DNA of 63,951 nucleotides, filler included, from Intoshia linei (GCA_001642005.1; 8 parts of 8 records of this genome joined end to end with filler, not necessarily neighbours in it), one strand, 5' to 3'. Shown: positions 25,699-40,342, counted from the first letter of the whole stretch. Notes: generated by a model not told the origin, from the sequence alone. Made by a program: numbers and translations.

Positions 25699-26290
25699 AA
25701 GATGGTAGTCTGAAGGTGCAATATCTGGTGAATATGCTGGGTGCGCTAATACATCATAATTTAAATCCCTTAAAAAATTACGAGTCTTTTTAGAAGTATG
25801 TGGTTTAGCATTGTCATGATGCAATATTATTTTACTCCTATTGAACATTCTAGACCTTTTTATTTTTTATAGCTTGATTCAATTTTTCTATTTGTTCACA
25901 ATATTTATCAGAATTAATCGTTCCATTGTTTTTAAGATATTCATAAAACAGTACGCCCTTCATATCCCACCATATACACAACATTACCTTTTTTCCATGT
26001 ATGGCAGGTTTTGGCGTACACACTGGTTGTTGGCCGGATGATAACCATTGTTTTATTAGTTTTGTATTGTCACATTGAATCCACTTTTCATCTCCAGTTA
26101 CCACATATTTCAGAAATGCTTCACTCTTCAGTTGAAATAATAAAGAGGAACATATGTTAACTCTATTTAATCTCTGCTGATTTGACAATAAGTGAGGAAC
26201 CCATAAACCAGACCTATTGACCTTTTTAACATATTAAACACACTTGAATACATGTTTGAATAGGAGATGTTCAATGCTTCTTTTATTGAA
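25699..26290 (-). mobile_element. Mariner (D,D34D) transposase fragment, frameshifted
   Basis: WVPHLLS, VTGDEKW, KVMLCIWWD, HHDNAKPH and HPAYSPDIAPSDYHL motifs. Confidence 0.93.
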
Positions 26291-27665
26291 GCAAATTACC
26301 CACTCGTGGGTAGATATCGACAGGTTGGGAATTATTGTTATACGCTGTTTCAAAAATAACGACTATTTCATACCATATAATTACTTATCTACAGTGCCAC
26401 CTCTATAAGTAAAAACGATATATTTTTTAAGATAAATCTGAAAATGACATCGGCAGATAGTATAGTTGCATCCTCACGACATAAAGATTTCATTGCCACC
26501 TGAATTGAAGTAAGTAAGTCAACATCGCCGTTATTGAAAAATATTGGATCAGCCGTATCATATAAGACATGCTATTTGAAAATAAACCTTTATGAACGAT
26601 GATATTGTTTCGATAACATTTCCACATCTTGTGTAAAAATCTATTTTCAGAACTGACTCAGTGCCAAGCTATGTGTTTGCAATTTTATTTTTTTGGAATT
26701 TAAGCAATTTATAACAATTTTTAGGATTGTACTACTTTTACTTTGTTTTTAAGATTATACACTTATTCTGTAATAAATTAGATTAAATCACTTTAAATTA
26801 AAAGATAATATGAAATGACCGGTCCATGGTAAAATAAGTTTGGGAACCACGTTTTTAAAGGAGTGATAATAGTAGATAGCATTTTGAGATTTTATTGCAT
26901 AATTAAAAAAGACCGCCCTCAACAGAGCTAGGTGCTTCTTGTACGAAGTACATAACAATAAACCTAGTGTATAATAAGATCATTTTCCTTTTAATATTCT
27001 TTACCGGTTTCTCAACATTTTTTCATTGTCAATTTAGAACCATCGCTGGCCGCAATTTTTATTTTATTGGTAAAGAATTTTTTGAACAAACTCAAAATGG
27101 CCTGCCGTCAAAGTTTGAAAATAATTTTCTATAGTAAAAAATATAGTATATGGCGACCATATATATAGCCTATAGCAGTGATGGCAAGACTTTTCAGTTG
27201 GTGTCAAAAAAAATTTTTGCTTTTCTAGTTGTGTGTGACTTTTAAATGATATATAATTTTAGATATGTATACTAGGGTGTGAATTTTAGTACTTTTTTTG
27301 GAAATTTTATGGTGCAGTAATGGATAAAGTTGCGTATAACAGTTTTATGGCTACACTGAAAAAAAATAATTCAGGAGAATTTTTTGCGGAGACGCTTGCC
27401 ATTTTAAAAATTTCATATTTTATACCCGCCCGATTCAGACCATTTGCCACGGCACGTCGCTGATACATATTTATGTAATAAAACCACAAAATATAATCTA
27501 AAAATATTACTTACGAAATTAATTGACATTGCTAAATTATACTATAGTTACTGTGCGATAATAAGTTATTTTGTTGATATTTAGTATACACTGATTATTG
27601 CATGTATATAAATTTGAAAAAGTTTCATTTACTGACTTTATAAAAATAATCCAATTTATCATTAA

Positions 27666-27889
27666 ATGGCTCAAGTAAACATTAACGGAGATCCTCATGA
27701 CACTCACTATCGATATAAAATGCCTATGATATTAGGCAAAATAGAAGGCAAAGGAAATGGAATTAAAACAGTTATCAGTAATATTGTGGAAATAGCTAAA
27801 TCTATAAATCGACCACCAGAATGTAATTAAAAAATTTAATTTATTATATTTTTCAGTTCCAACTAAGTATTTCGGATTTGAATTAGGCG
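27666..27889 (+). CDS. EIF5: Eukaryotic translation initiation factor 5, 5' end (exons 27666-27822, 27857-27889; cut by the linker)
   Basis: [52 protein letters not shown] with a 34-nt intron. Confidence 0.95.
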
Positions 27890-28206
27890 NNNNNNNNNNN
27901 NNNNNNNNNNNNNNNNNNNNNNNNNNNNNNNNNTTAATTAATTAANNNNNNNNNNNNNNNNNNNNNNNNNNNNNNNNNNNNNNNNNNNNAATAATTTATA
28001 ATTAAAATAAAATAAACTTATTAAATTTTATTCAGTCTAATATTTTGTTCTTTAAAATACGGATTAATATTAAAATATACTTGGAAACTGAATATAGATT
28101 AATAAAATATTTATCTATTTTCAGTTAATTAAATTAGTTAATACACATAGATATGTTTAGTTTGTCAATTTCTAGATAAAATTATAATATTAAACTTGTT
28201 TGTCGG

Positions 28207-28587
28207 TTAGCGGCCAATGACTACATATGTAGTCATGTATAAATCTCTATATAACTAACACAATATCCATGCAATTTTGAAATTTTCAAAAATATGAATA
28301 ACATTGATTTATGGCAATCATTACTCGAGCAGAATTTTAGGCTGATTTAATTAATTTAATCACTTAAAATGAATCAGAAAATTATTATTTTTGTTGTCAA
28401 TAGGCAATGATTTAAACCGCAATATCAACATGTTATCAATCACTAAATCTGAAATTTAAGGTGTCTAAAGATAAAGTATATTCTTGGCTATAAGAAAAAT
28501 ATCTACTTGTTCTATTCCATCAAGTATTTTTTGAGGTACAATATGAAACATGGATGATTACATATGTAGTCATCGGTCACTAATGGG
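28207..28587. mobile_element. piggyBac-like MITE remnant
   Basis: Inverted ends containing the palindrome ATGACTACATATGTAGTCAT; right end CACTAATGGG|TTAA; left end damaged. Confidence 0.5.
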
Positions 28588-28756
28588 TTAAACGTCGGTT
28601 AAAAAATCTCTAAAAACCTACCCTTAATCTGTAAAAAAATTAAGATGCGGCCGTCTGAAAATTTTGACAGATTATGCGGCTTGCCGAGGATTTGAGTTTG
28701 ACATTGCTGTATTATACAATGTCTCAATATTAACATAATAATAATAACCATTGATA

Positions 28757-29800
28757 ATATAATGCTTTTTTGGCAAGACTGGGTCGTCCTCTTTTTCTTT
28801 TTTGATGTAAAGGTAAGAGTTTAGTTTCAATAAGAACGACGCATCCATCACACTTTAATCTAGTTACCATACCCAAACTGTGTTTGCATGTTTGATGTGG
28901 CTTTTTCCCATTTTAATTTATTTATAATTACTACAATAACTAATGATATCCTTTTCTTGAAATGATTGAAATTTTTTTAGGATTTAGCTTGATATCTGTT
29001 AATTTCGTAATCCAAATGAACATTTTTCATATCAGAAATTATATAACATTCAGTCACATCATTGGTTAATGTTTTTTTGCGGACTAGTTGATGTTCTTTG
29101 GCCCATGAATAAGCATTAGTTTTATTCTTTAGTTCCTAATTTGGAATTACTTGAATATTTGAGATATTCTAAAAAATAAATATATTGATTAAATGTGCTA
29201 TATTATATTTAAACAAATAAATAATTACGTTTCCTATTTAGAGACCAAATCGATAAAATGTCCTTACATATTACACTAAAAAATTGATTCAGTGGAATGC
29301 GCTCCCTAAGGGTTTTTTGTCGTTTAATTACATCATTAGTGGCCTCTAGAGAATTGTTTATGATGGAATATGTAAAACTGCGCCCTCATACCAGCTCTGC
29401 AAATTCATTGTTTAATACAATAATGACAAAATTGAGTGTACTGATTCTACTTTGTCAGAAATAAATTCTTTACGACGTTGTACATATTAACCGACGAACA
29501 AATTTGAAGAAATATTATATCTCAACGAAGTTCCATTCTGTCACATTTAGGTATAGCGCAAAAGCTAGTATACTTTGTGATGGCTTTTATCATATGGAAA
29601 AAATAATATATTGTTTTTTCCATAATGAAAACTTCTTCAAATGCTTTTATAATTGCTGAACAACTATCCGCTACTAAAACCCTTGGATCCATTAAACCAT
29701 TATTGTCATCAACTCCCTTAATCAATGAAGTGAATAAAAATTTAAAATTAACCGATTTTTCATATGTTGTGATCGCAATACCGCCAGGGTGAAACTTTTG
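28757..29800 (-). mobile_element. Degenerate Mutator/MULE transposase
   Basis: VLVADSCSAIIKAFEEVF..FFHM, WYEG..NNSLEATNDVIK, SWIM-like CKHSLGM and C-terminal KRGRPSLAKKAL. Confidence 0.75.
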
Positions 29801-30623
29801 ATATATATTACTTATATTTAAACTAAAACTATAAACTATAAAGGTTAAAATTTAACTGAACATTAAATTTAATTGTTAAATACATTTTAGTGTTAAATTT
29901 TATTAAATAGTATAAATTTGCAATAAAAATTAAAAATGAAAAAACAAAATCACTAAAGGTGAATTGTTTACTTGGCATTTTAATTTGAATAAGTCAAAAT
30001 AATCTTAACACGCTTTTATTATATAAATAATCAAATTTATAAAAACGCGCTTTTTGTTTACTAACGAAACTTGACTGTAATCTTTGAATTCTGAAATCAA
30101 CGTTTTAACATCTAAGGTATACTGACCATTATTCATTAACGGTAGAGGACATTACTTTCTGGATAAATTTTGCAAATTGTCCATAATTTAAAATTAAAAT
30201 CTAATGTAGATATAAACTATTGTTGTAATTTAAGTTTTATATTTAAAAGATTTCAATTTTAAGATTACAGTGTATTTACAACCAATATGAACTAGTTTTA
30301 TTTATTTAAACTTTACATAATACTATGGATTATTACAAGGGTTAATAATATTTAAATTATATTTCCTCAATGAGAATAGTTATATTTAATTAACGCCGTC
30401 TAATTTAATATCTATTAAAAATTTGATAAAAAATGTAATAAATTTACTTTTATTAAATAAATTGATTCTAGAGCAGTGTTTCCCAACCTGGGCGATATTG
30501 CCCACTAGTGAGCGATTTGACTTTTTTACTGGACGATGCGAAGATAGGCCCCGAATCAAAAAAACGATTTAAATTTCATTGTGTCATTAGAGATGTTGAA
30601 AATTATTAATGTTCATTGTAGTA

Positions 30624-30971
30624 CAGCGGACGTCACGACTTTTAGTCAATCGACCCCAAAAAAAATTTTAGTATTGAATCGACCCCTAAAAATTTTTTCT
30701 AATCTAAATTTATCGATATTAACAAAATTACCTGTATTAGCATTATTATTTAAATTTTATGAGCTTTTTTAATTGGTTGAGATGAAATAGTTCGCCAACA
30801 AATAGATTTTAGACAGAATATAATATTTTATATTTCATTGAAGTTCAAATTACATTTAAAATTAAAATTTATTTTTATATTTTTTAATAAAATTTAATTA
30901 GTTTAATCAAATCGACCTTTATACACTTTTTGACTTACAAAGTCAAAATCGACTCCCTATGACGACACCTG
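30624..30971. mobile_element. hAT-type MITE with TSD TTGTAGTA
   Basis: TTGTAGTA at 30616-30623 and 30972-30979; CAG...CTG ends; AATCGACC subterminal repeats. Confidence 0.75.
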
Positions 30972-31340
30972 TTGTAGTATAACAATATACTTCTTAACAT
31001 TAACTAGTAAAAACTGCCTCTGTTTATTTAGCAATTTTTTCAACAAAATGAAACTCCGTTCAACACTATTTGTTGTAGATGTCGCTTTTCTTAATAAATT
31101 GTATAGATAAAATGGTATTTGTTTAATTTTATTGTGCATTATATTATAAGTATTATTTTTTCAAGTTAATATCCTTTAAAAAAAATATTGATTTTATGGC
31201 ATTTAAAAAAAACTTACTTTATGGCATTTATTGACTTTATAAATTGCTAATTAATAAACATGATATTGATATCATGATGCTTGTAATTTCGTGCTGATTA
31301 TTATATAAAAAATGGCATTTTGCCATAAAAAACTGCCCTA
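30972..31340 (-). mobile_element. Deleted hAT element with dimerisation-domain remnant
   Basis: TAGGGCAGTTTTTATGGC terminus at 31340; ORF with TNSVERSF..LKKLL..RQF. Confidence 0.65.
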
Positions 31341-33489
31341 ATGATAATTAATGTATTAAGAGTTTGACAATATAAGTTATCTAACACTAATTATCTGTGT
31401 AGTAAGTATGTGCCTTGTAGGAAATAAATTGACACTGATATGCTGCAACAAAATTATCTCAGTGTTTATTAAAAAATTAGAAATCTTTAGTAATAATTTT
31501 GCAAAAAAGGAATTATACCAATTTCTTAGATTGCATTATATAAAAAACAAAATAAATTGTACTGATATAAAAAAATTTGTTGATCACATCAATAGTGTCT
31601 AAAAAGACATACAAGGTAGATTTATGGACATTTTAAATCTAAAAATAAATGATTGGATGACCGATCTATTTTCTGTATATATTGAATGTCAAGAAGAATT
31701 GTTAGAAATTCAACATGATGAAAAGTGTTCAAATGACTATAAGATAGATAATTATATACAAATGTGGCAAAATATTAGAATATCCTAACTTTATCCAAAA
31801 ATATGAAAACATATTCTGAATTGAATGATTCCATCTTTATATTTAGTTGAAAAAGGTTTTAGTTTTGTAAATCACATAATGTCAAAGAAAAGGATTAATT
31901 TTGTTTATTCCTGTCAAAAATTGAACACGATATAAAAAGATTGGTTAACGACCATGAAGCGCAAAGATCACATTAAATTTAATTATCTTATTCTCTAATA
32001 ATATTTTCATAATACATTTATTTATTTTCCATTCAGTTCAAAACAAATAAATGTATTTGTTCTTACATACAATATATAACAATACGTTATAACGTTACAT
32101 TTTAAAATTAAAATTTTATTTTTACTGGGCGATAAAAATAATATATTTAATAAAATTCTAAAAAATGGGTTGGGAAACACTGTTCTAGAGCTTTAGAGAT
32201 AAAATTTTTATCAACGGCATTTTTGGTTCATACAAATTTGTTAAAAAAAAGTAAATAATTCAAAATTCCATTAAAATAGAATTTCCGCTACAAAAATTCC
32301 GTTAATAAGGATTTATTATGTTATGGTTTGAAAGAAAAATTTTAAAAAAACCAAAGCATTCATAACCTCTGGCGAAAGATTAGCTATTTGTTTAATTATG
32401 TAATGTCCAGTTATTGACAACACTATCTCAGCCCAACAACTGGTTGGTTTAATTGTAAGCATGCAGAATAAATTTTATACAGTGTATTTATAGTGACAAA
32501 ATTTTATAATATGTATTATTTAGTATTATATTAATTATAGTATTTCGATTGAAATGAATCGATAAATTATATATACATTTTGTGCTAATACATTTTGTAC
32601 AACACTAAATATAAGTGAATCGTATTATTATTCTATTAATTTATTTGGATAATATAATTAAAATTACTATTTAGTACTATCTATATCTGAAAGAATAATG
32701 GAAATTGTAAAATATCCATTTTACAATGATATTGTGGACATTGAAACATGTAATATTTTAATTTACTATTGTCAAGGCTAAACTTAACCTTATAATTGAT
32801 TTATGACAATCTACAATATCTTATAAACCAAATATAGTCAATGATCATTGAATTCATTGGTTGTCTATTGAATTTGATATAGTCAATATTCTGTGAGTAT
32901 TGAAATATTTTTTATCATTTTATTTATATCAACGTTTTTGCCAAAATTGCTTCTTTAGTTTTAAGGAATTCTAAAATGTTTCGTAGAGATTATAAAACGA
33001 GTATAACATTATATAACAAAGCCTTTCGATAGCCTCCGAACTTCAGTATGTAAAAGCAATTGACTAAAGTCTTCATTATTTTCATGACATTTTGAAAACA
33101 GTCTTTGATGCACTTTTCTTTATTTTATTATAAATACTGTCATATCTTATATTGAATAACACAATGAATCGCTAATACAATCGGAATAACTTTTAAACTC
33201 ACTGTGACAACCTACCATTGCATATGCTCGATCTGTTTATATGCTACTTATATTGTTAAATGGTATATTTTTTTTGGTAAAGAATGCTTTAACACGAAAG
33301 ATTAGATCTCATTTAGTATATGTTACCATCTTTTCTACAAACAATAACTCTTCCTTAACTCATAATTCATTATTTAATTATTCCTCTTTTATATACCGTA
33401 CATAAGCTTGTAAAGATTGATCACTCGATGGTGTTGATTAATCTAATTGTAACGAAAATAAATTCTTTTTCAATCAATCATGCGATATA

Positions 33490-34690
33490 CACTGCGTTCC
33501 AAGTTATTATGCAAACATTAAAAACATTAATAATTTAAAAAGTAGTTACTTAATTCTATTATTTTTTTTTTATAATATTTATATATTCAATTAATAATAC
33601 TTCAACGTCCCAAGAAAAATGTAATGTATTCCAAAAAAATGAATACACGAAAATTTAAGAAAATTTTGTGGTTTTTGGTGTGCCAAATTATTATGCAAAT
33701 GAATATTAAACAATAATTTAAATAATATAATCTATTGTATTTTAAATTAAATTCAAGCAAAAAAAAATGTAATTAAATTTTACATATTAACCCATTAACG
33801 GCCACAACATAATTAGACATGATAAATAAAAAATAATCTATAAATATTTTATATAATATTGCCTTAATAAGATATAAACTGATAAAACATAAAAAAAATA
33901 AACACGAAGGAGATATAAAGATGTTCGTAAAAACAATCAAAAAATTAGAGCCTATCAACTGAAAAATTATACAGTATTGGCCATATAATTATATAATTTA
34001 TAAAAACTTGTAAATATGGTTATATCTTTTGTTATTTTATTATTAGATTATAATTTAGAGCAAATGTAGAAAGCTGAATTTTTATTCATTTAGAAAATGC
34101 ATTGTTAAGCATTAAAATATTAATCCAACAAATAATTAATACTAATTCAAATGCGCATCTAAAATATTGCGTATTTAGATTAACATTATAGAGACAAAAA
34201 TATGAAATTCTCTTTGTTGTTCACGTAATCGGTACTAATATCGTTTTAATATAAATGATATTATTGGTATAGTTCTGCACGTTTATTTTTATTTTTGAAA
34301 TTTCTTCATCTGTTATGGGAAAAAACAGGACATTTCTTCTGAAAAAAAGCTATTATAATTAATTTAATTGAAAATACTAATTGGAATCAAAAAAAAATTC
34401 TGATAGAATTGGTGTATCGCAAACATATGTATCTTTGCTCAAAAAAGTAACTGAAAAACAGACGAATTGAATGTATCCAAAAGGAAAAACTGTGGCAGGA
34501 AAAATGGGACAGATGAAAGAACTGATAGAATTATTATTAGAACCGCACTGGAAAACAGAAATTTCAGTTGCAATCAAATCGTATCTTAACTTAAAACCAA
34601 AAATATTAATTTATCAAGAAGAACAGTAAACCGTAGACTTGTAGATGCAGGATACAAATTATACAAAAAAAATTCACACCCAGTCCTTTT
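33490..34690 (+). mobile_element. Tc1-like left end and N-terminal transposase remnant
   Basis: TA|CACTGCGTTCCAAGTTATTATGCAAA terminus with an internal repeat at about 33680; MGKNR.. and SRTVNRRLVDAGY remnants. Confidence 0.55.
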
Positions 34691-34739
34691 GGCCAAATAT
34701 CCTCTTCACATTACAGTCAATTTGTATATTTTTATCTCT

Positions 34740-35440
34740 TATTATTAGAGCCATTCATAGAGCATAATGACTAGGTTACGCAAGATTTTGAGGATCCTCT
34801 TAAAGAAGTTTGCATCATTGTTAGTGATCAGTTAGCATCATCAGTTAGGCCGTATAAAAATTGATCCCGAAGTACCTCAGGTTTGAATTTTGCATTGTAA
34901 TTACATTTATCAACTTGTCCCCTCAACTCGGCATTAAATTCAGCAATAGATTTTGCTGTCGGAGGATTTTCATTAATTTAAATCTCTCAATTATTTTGTT
35001 GTCTTGTTCGATTTGATTGATTTTATTTTATATCGATCATAGTTATTGCATCTTCCAAGCTATAAATTTTTAAATTTTAAAAATTAAGGACACACCGCAA
35101 TTTAAGATTTTTGCATATACCTTCTTGGCTAAAGATGATATCGAAAATGCCCAAGACAGACTTGCACCTACCATGAAACTTCCAATATATGACGAATTTT
35201 TAAAGTTCATTAGATTGAACCTATTTTTAAAACTATTGTGTTTCACCCTTATAGTGATTTCGTTGTTCGTTTTAGTTCTTTTAACGTCTTGAGCTGTGAA
35301 CTGTGCTAGTTCCATAGCTTTTGCAGGATCGCTATTGAACAATTGTTTCGTAGTGAACGTTTTACCACCAATTAATAATCTAGTACTAATTGACTCGTTA
35401 ATTCTGATAATAGATGATATTTCGTCATGTGCCAAATAAC
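34740..35440 (-). pseudogene. Gypsy-like gag remnant
   Basis: SIAEFNAELRGQVDKCNY..EVLRDQFLYGL at about 34840-34960; TGGCAC PBS-like motif at about 35433. Confidence 0.5.
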
Positions 35441-36041
35441 CTTCACGCGTTAATAACGCTATACGCTAACGTATACGTTAATAAAAAGCGTTATCGGTGT
35501 CAGTGCATTAACTTGACGTCTGTCATTTATACAAAGCATAAGTCTCGTGTATTCCGTTTTTGACACTCTGATTAAATATTCCCTAACGACCTTGACATCC
35601 ATATTCACTGTAGGCATATAAATTATATTTAATTTATTGTGAAATATGGGCCTCACCGCCGTTGAAATCATAAACATTAAAGGACATTTTTCAATTTTTA
35701 TGACGACTAATGCACTTTACTAACGATCTCGATATTTAAACTATTGAACTCATTGTTTATTGTGGGCGAAAATAATATCCACGAAAAGTAATCTTTGGTA
35801 GTGGAACTATAGCCATTCTGATAATTCGCAGTGAAAGTAAATGCGATACGTTCACCATCGTTAATTTTGGATCCACTCTAGGTATCTATAGTATATATTT
35901 TAACATAAACCATTTAAATTTAATATTTATCACCATTCTACTTTGTTATTAATAAAACTCAACGTTAATTGGATCAACATACAAAAATGTATCACAATTT
36001 ATAACAAAATAAATTTAATTAACTAGATAAATCGAGATGAA

Positions 36042-36377
36042 ATGTTCAATGAATTTGTTGCAGTTGATTTATGTTTAAAAAATTATCCTATTATTTCTCC
36101 TTGGATGGATTTATGTAATAATATCGATACTTATGGATTCAAAAAATTAATCGAGTTTTATTATTTTATAAATTGCTTAGATACATATGTAAAAAGAGTA
36201 TTTAGTGTTACTAATATATATTGGACAGAACATAAATCCAACCTTAGCTTAAAAACATTAACATCTGTCATTTTACTTAGAGAAAATTTAAAGAAAAAAA
36301 GTACTAATGTTTATAAAAATTTGTTAAACGACATTGAAATTAGTAAAAACATTAATTCTAGCAATAAATATAATTAA
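36042..36377 (+). mobile_element. hAT C-terminal dimerisation domain remnant
   Basis: YVKRVFSVTNIYWTEHKSNLSLKTL corresponds to the degenerate ERxFS..W...R..L motif. Confidence 0.65.
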
Positions 36378-36496
36378 TTATAATAAATATATATTTNNNN
36401 NNNNNNNNNNNNNNNNNNNNNNNNNNNNNNNNNNNNNNNNTTAATTAATTAANNNNNNNNNNNNNNNNNNNNNNNNNNNNNNNNNNNNNNNNNNNN

Positions 36497-37000
36497 TGAT
36501 TACGGAGACGTTCAGTTTGGCGAAAACTATTGTGTTTAAATTATTACCAATGGTTTGTAGGTGTGCCTAATTAAAAAAAATCCAATATTTTTGATATTTC
36601 GTAAATGTATAATAGCATGCAAAAAGCTAATATTGTTTCACTTTTCGAATTGATCAGAGCCCGAAGAGCTATAATTTTAAAAAATCCATCAGATGTTATA
36701 CACACCGTTAAAAATTCAACAATTGTATTACCATAATCATGAGCTCTTTTCCCGTCAAATTGCAGACAAAAATCTTTTTTAAAGAACTGAATATCTGAAT
36801 TTATTTTATCTGTACAACAAAAATTTCTTTGTTCAAAGCACGCATGCACAATGTTCTACAAGGAATGATAGAATTAGTGATTGTTTTTAGAATCGTTTGC
36901 ATTTTACGTGAAGAAGTTTGCTATCGTTATCGATATATGCTATTGACGCTTCTGCTGCCACGTCATCAATTTATGTTTCAAATCGTGTTAAAATATTTTC
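36497..37000 (-). mobile_element. hATm-like transposase fragment
   Basis: LQFDGKR..EFLTVCITSDG..KIIAL parallels VHWDGK..ERLTIVISG..KILAL at 10280-10400. Confidence 0.5.
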
Positions 37001-37736
37001 GAAGTTGAGCAATATTATTCAATTATAATATTGTATATGGTAATAACGTTTGTACTTGGATTTATACTCGGGTTCCCATTTTGTATACTGTCTCTTTTTA
37101 TCAATATATTTTTTCAACGTTTACTTGAAAATGTGTAAATAATTTATAAATTAAAAATTACTCTATAACAGTGTTGCTTAACCGTGGGCTACGATATTTG
37201 GTGGGGGCTAGGAATTACACGAATTTATTAGAATTATGAAAACTATAGATTAATTTAATCTTAATTTTTTGTACAATACTGGTTTGACATAATATATACA
37301 TTGATATAATGTTATAATGATGTATGTTTCTGAGGTTGAGAATTTCAACTTGAGATTTACGAGAATAGTAATAATGTTAAAACGTCCCAAAATTTATGTT
37401 CTTTATAATTCGAGGTTGATTTTATTATTAATTAAAAAAAGGCCAAGTAAGAATCGTCAGGCTCAGTGATATCATTGATTCTATAAAATAAATATTATAA
37501 TTAGCTCGACTTTCGACAATGAAAGCTTTCGATTTGTAAGTTTTTAGTAAAAAATTGGTCATTATGTCATTTTTTGAAGTGAGTCATTGCATTTTTTTAA
37601 GAGTGAAACTTCTCTATAAAAAATATATATAGTCTAAGAATTAGTTTAATAAATATCTTTTTAATTACTGTTACTCGTCTTAAAATTATTCATAAAATAT
37701 ATAGAAAGTAAATGGGATGATTTAATGTATGTTTAG

Positions 37737-38913
37737 GAATGCAATCGATTATCCCATGAATTGAAAAATTCTAAAAATACTGTAAAGAGATACGAAACAA
37801 TGATTACATGTAGAGATGAATTAATAAAAAATCATAACCTTCTTTATGTTAAATTACCTGAACCAAATCCAGATATTGATTTATTTATTACACCTACAAT
37901 TATGAACGGCAATTTTACCCAGGAAGAAACCGACAATACAAATTATGAAGAAAAAGCAGAACTAATTACAATAGAATCTGCTAAATTGCTTAACCTCAAT
38001 AATGAATCTTTAGATTCGAAGCTCAAAGCTTTTCAAAATGAAATACAAGATAGTAGAGAAAATGTAATATGTTTTTAATACTTACTTATTAGTCTAATAA
38101 TTGAATCATATATAAATTTTTATGTAATGTTACATTACATTACTAATGTATGATCTTAACTTGTGTAACAGTTGCGGCTTAAGCCAATATTTTAAAATTA
38201 AGTATTCATTTGATTTTAATTTTCCCAATTGATTGTACTGTAGATTAAAAATTTAACCGAAAAAATAAAAGACGAAAGAAACAAAAATGAATTAAAACAG
38301 TTGAGTCAAATAAGTAACGCTGAAACAGAAAAAGATGTCGCTGTAAATAGTAATTGTTTTGTATTCTTTTTTATCATTTAATTTTAGTAAAAACCACCCG
38401 ACAACTGAATGAATATAAATTAAAAATTACCAAATTGGAACAAGAAAAAACCTCATTAAATAATGACGTAATTAAATACTCAATACAGAGCACTGCAATG
38501 GTTGTTGGTTTAAATTTTAGATATGAACTGTTTATACATTACTTAATTGTTTTTCGTCCAAAATAAAAATGTAACTTTGCATCAGATTACTCGGAATAAT
38601 TAGTTATATATATACATTAATGTAATGTATTTTATTATTTTTTAAAACCAACAACGTAGCTTTAACCTATTATTCAACATTATATAAATTTTAGATATTA
38701 CGTTTCACCACCAAACTTAAAAGATATAAAGAAAATAACGATAAGGCTGAAGACGAAATTGAAAATATAAAAAGTATAAATAGAAAACTCCAAAGGTTGG
38801 TTCGTTCACTCGAAACCAAAGTAGACGACCTAAATTCAAAAAATGCATCCCTTCTCCATAGAATAACCAAGAAAAAAAATTCACGAAAAAAATCTGGTGA
38901 AACAAATTGTTAA
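37737..38913 (+). CDS. LRRFIP1/2-like coiled-coil protein, 3' exons (about 37737-38063, 38244-38342, 38388-38467, 38695-38913)
   Basis: CRDELIKNHNL, LDSKLK, RQLNEYKLKITKLEQE and KRYKENNDKAEDEIENIKSINRKLQR follow the LRRFIP C-terminal coiled-coil pattern; GT-AG introns. Confidence 0.75.
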
Positions 38914-38939
38914 AATAAAAATATATTTAATTGACGGTA

Positions 38940-40342
38940 TCAATTTACTATTTTGTGAAATCTCGATTGAAACAATAATCTTTTTGTGCCACACTCACAA
39001 CAATACCTGGCTGTGTCAATTGGATAAAATATTCCACATGTATGACAATATTTGCTCTTTGTAAGTTTTTTTTGATCATTCTGATATGATTCTATTGATG
39101 ATTGCTCGGATGAATTAATATCGCCAACACAAATTCCACTACTACATATATGTTAAATAATATAATGGAATGATTTACCTCCCACCGTGACTATCATTTG
39201 ACGGGTATTTTTTGTTTTTCCCAACAACTCGAGAATCGTTTTTTAGATTGTATGATATTTTTGGCAAAGTATACGAATCGTACAATTGTGAGTTGCACTT
39301 TGGTCTCAAAGTACTAGTATTTTGTCTTAATTGATTGTTTGGTGTTGTAGTCGATTCATGAGACATTAATTGTCTAGCATTATAAGGACTGATATAATTG
39401 GGAGAAGCGATTACTCTTTTCGTCTTATTGCAAGGGTCTGGAGGTTTGAACTAAAAATTGTACACTTTTAATTGAATTTATACGTTGATTCTCGAAATGA
39501 GTCTGTTTTTGCCGATTCGATCGGTCGATCTATGCTGGTTCATTTTTTGATTTTTACAAAATTCAATGTGTCGTTCAGCCGCCATGTAACTAAAATTCCT
39601 CTGGCAATGAGGACATTGTTCATAATCATCTAATATAATATTGATATGAGCATATATATAATTACTTTTTGGTTTGGATTTAGTAGTGGGAGATTGATTT
39701 TTGGAAAACTCCGCTGTAAATTCCTTAGAACCATCCACTAACTACAATATGTATATAAATTACATATTAAAAATACGTTCTTGAGTCGTTGGTTACGCGA
39801 ATTAAATGGTTTTCTTTTTTTATCTATTGTTTTCGAACATATTGGTTCATGTCTCACCTAATAAAATTGTAATTATTTAGTAAGTAATTTACGATTCCAT
39901 TTTCGTTAAATGTTCTGTTACAATATCTACAATTGTACATTTACTCAAAAATTTTATCTTCTCGTCACAACTTTGGAAATGGGTTGTTTATGTGAGTCAA
40001 GGTAATTCTAAGCATTTTCATCCTGGTTACTAAAATAACCAAAACAATACCTTCAAATTTACAATTTTTATTTACAAATTATATGTCAAAGAAATCGCGT
40101 AAAGATTCTTGTCTGAACAATGATTTGTTCACTTTTGTTCGATTATTTAAATATTTCGAAATTTTTCGTGTATTTTTGTTTGCACAGCGGATCGTAGGTT
40201 GATTACTGCGTCTATTAATATACGTTAGGATAAACGTTAATAAATATATATACATTTTCTTGATAGGTTGTTTTTTTAGTTTTTTGTTGTTGGTGAAAAT
40301 ATTTTTTTTTCTAGTTAAACCGCAATTTTCGCAAATTTGAAT
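38940..40342 (-). CDS. C2HC zinc-finger protein ZC2HC1/FAM164-like, multi-exon, first exon not located
   Basis: YEQCPHCQRNFSYMAAERHIEFC (zf-C2HC) and C-terminal YCHTCGIFYPIDTARYCCECGTKR; stop TGA at 38942-38940. Confidence 0.8.

Larger units (their letters stand above)
30474..32182 (+). mobile_element. Deleted hAT Buster element with perfect TSD TTCTAGAG and nested insertions
   Basis: TIR CAGTGTTTCCCAACC at both ends; TSD at 30466-30473 and 32183-32190. C-terminal transposase remnant YLVEKGFS..HEAQRSH* at about 31400-31976. Confidence 0.9.
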
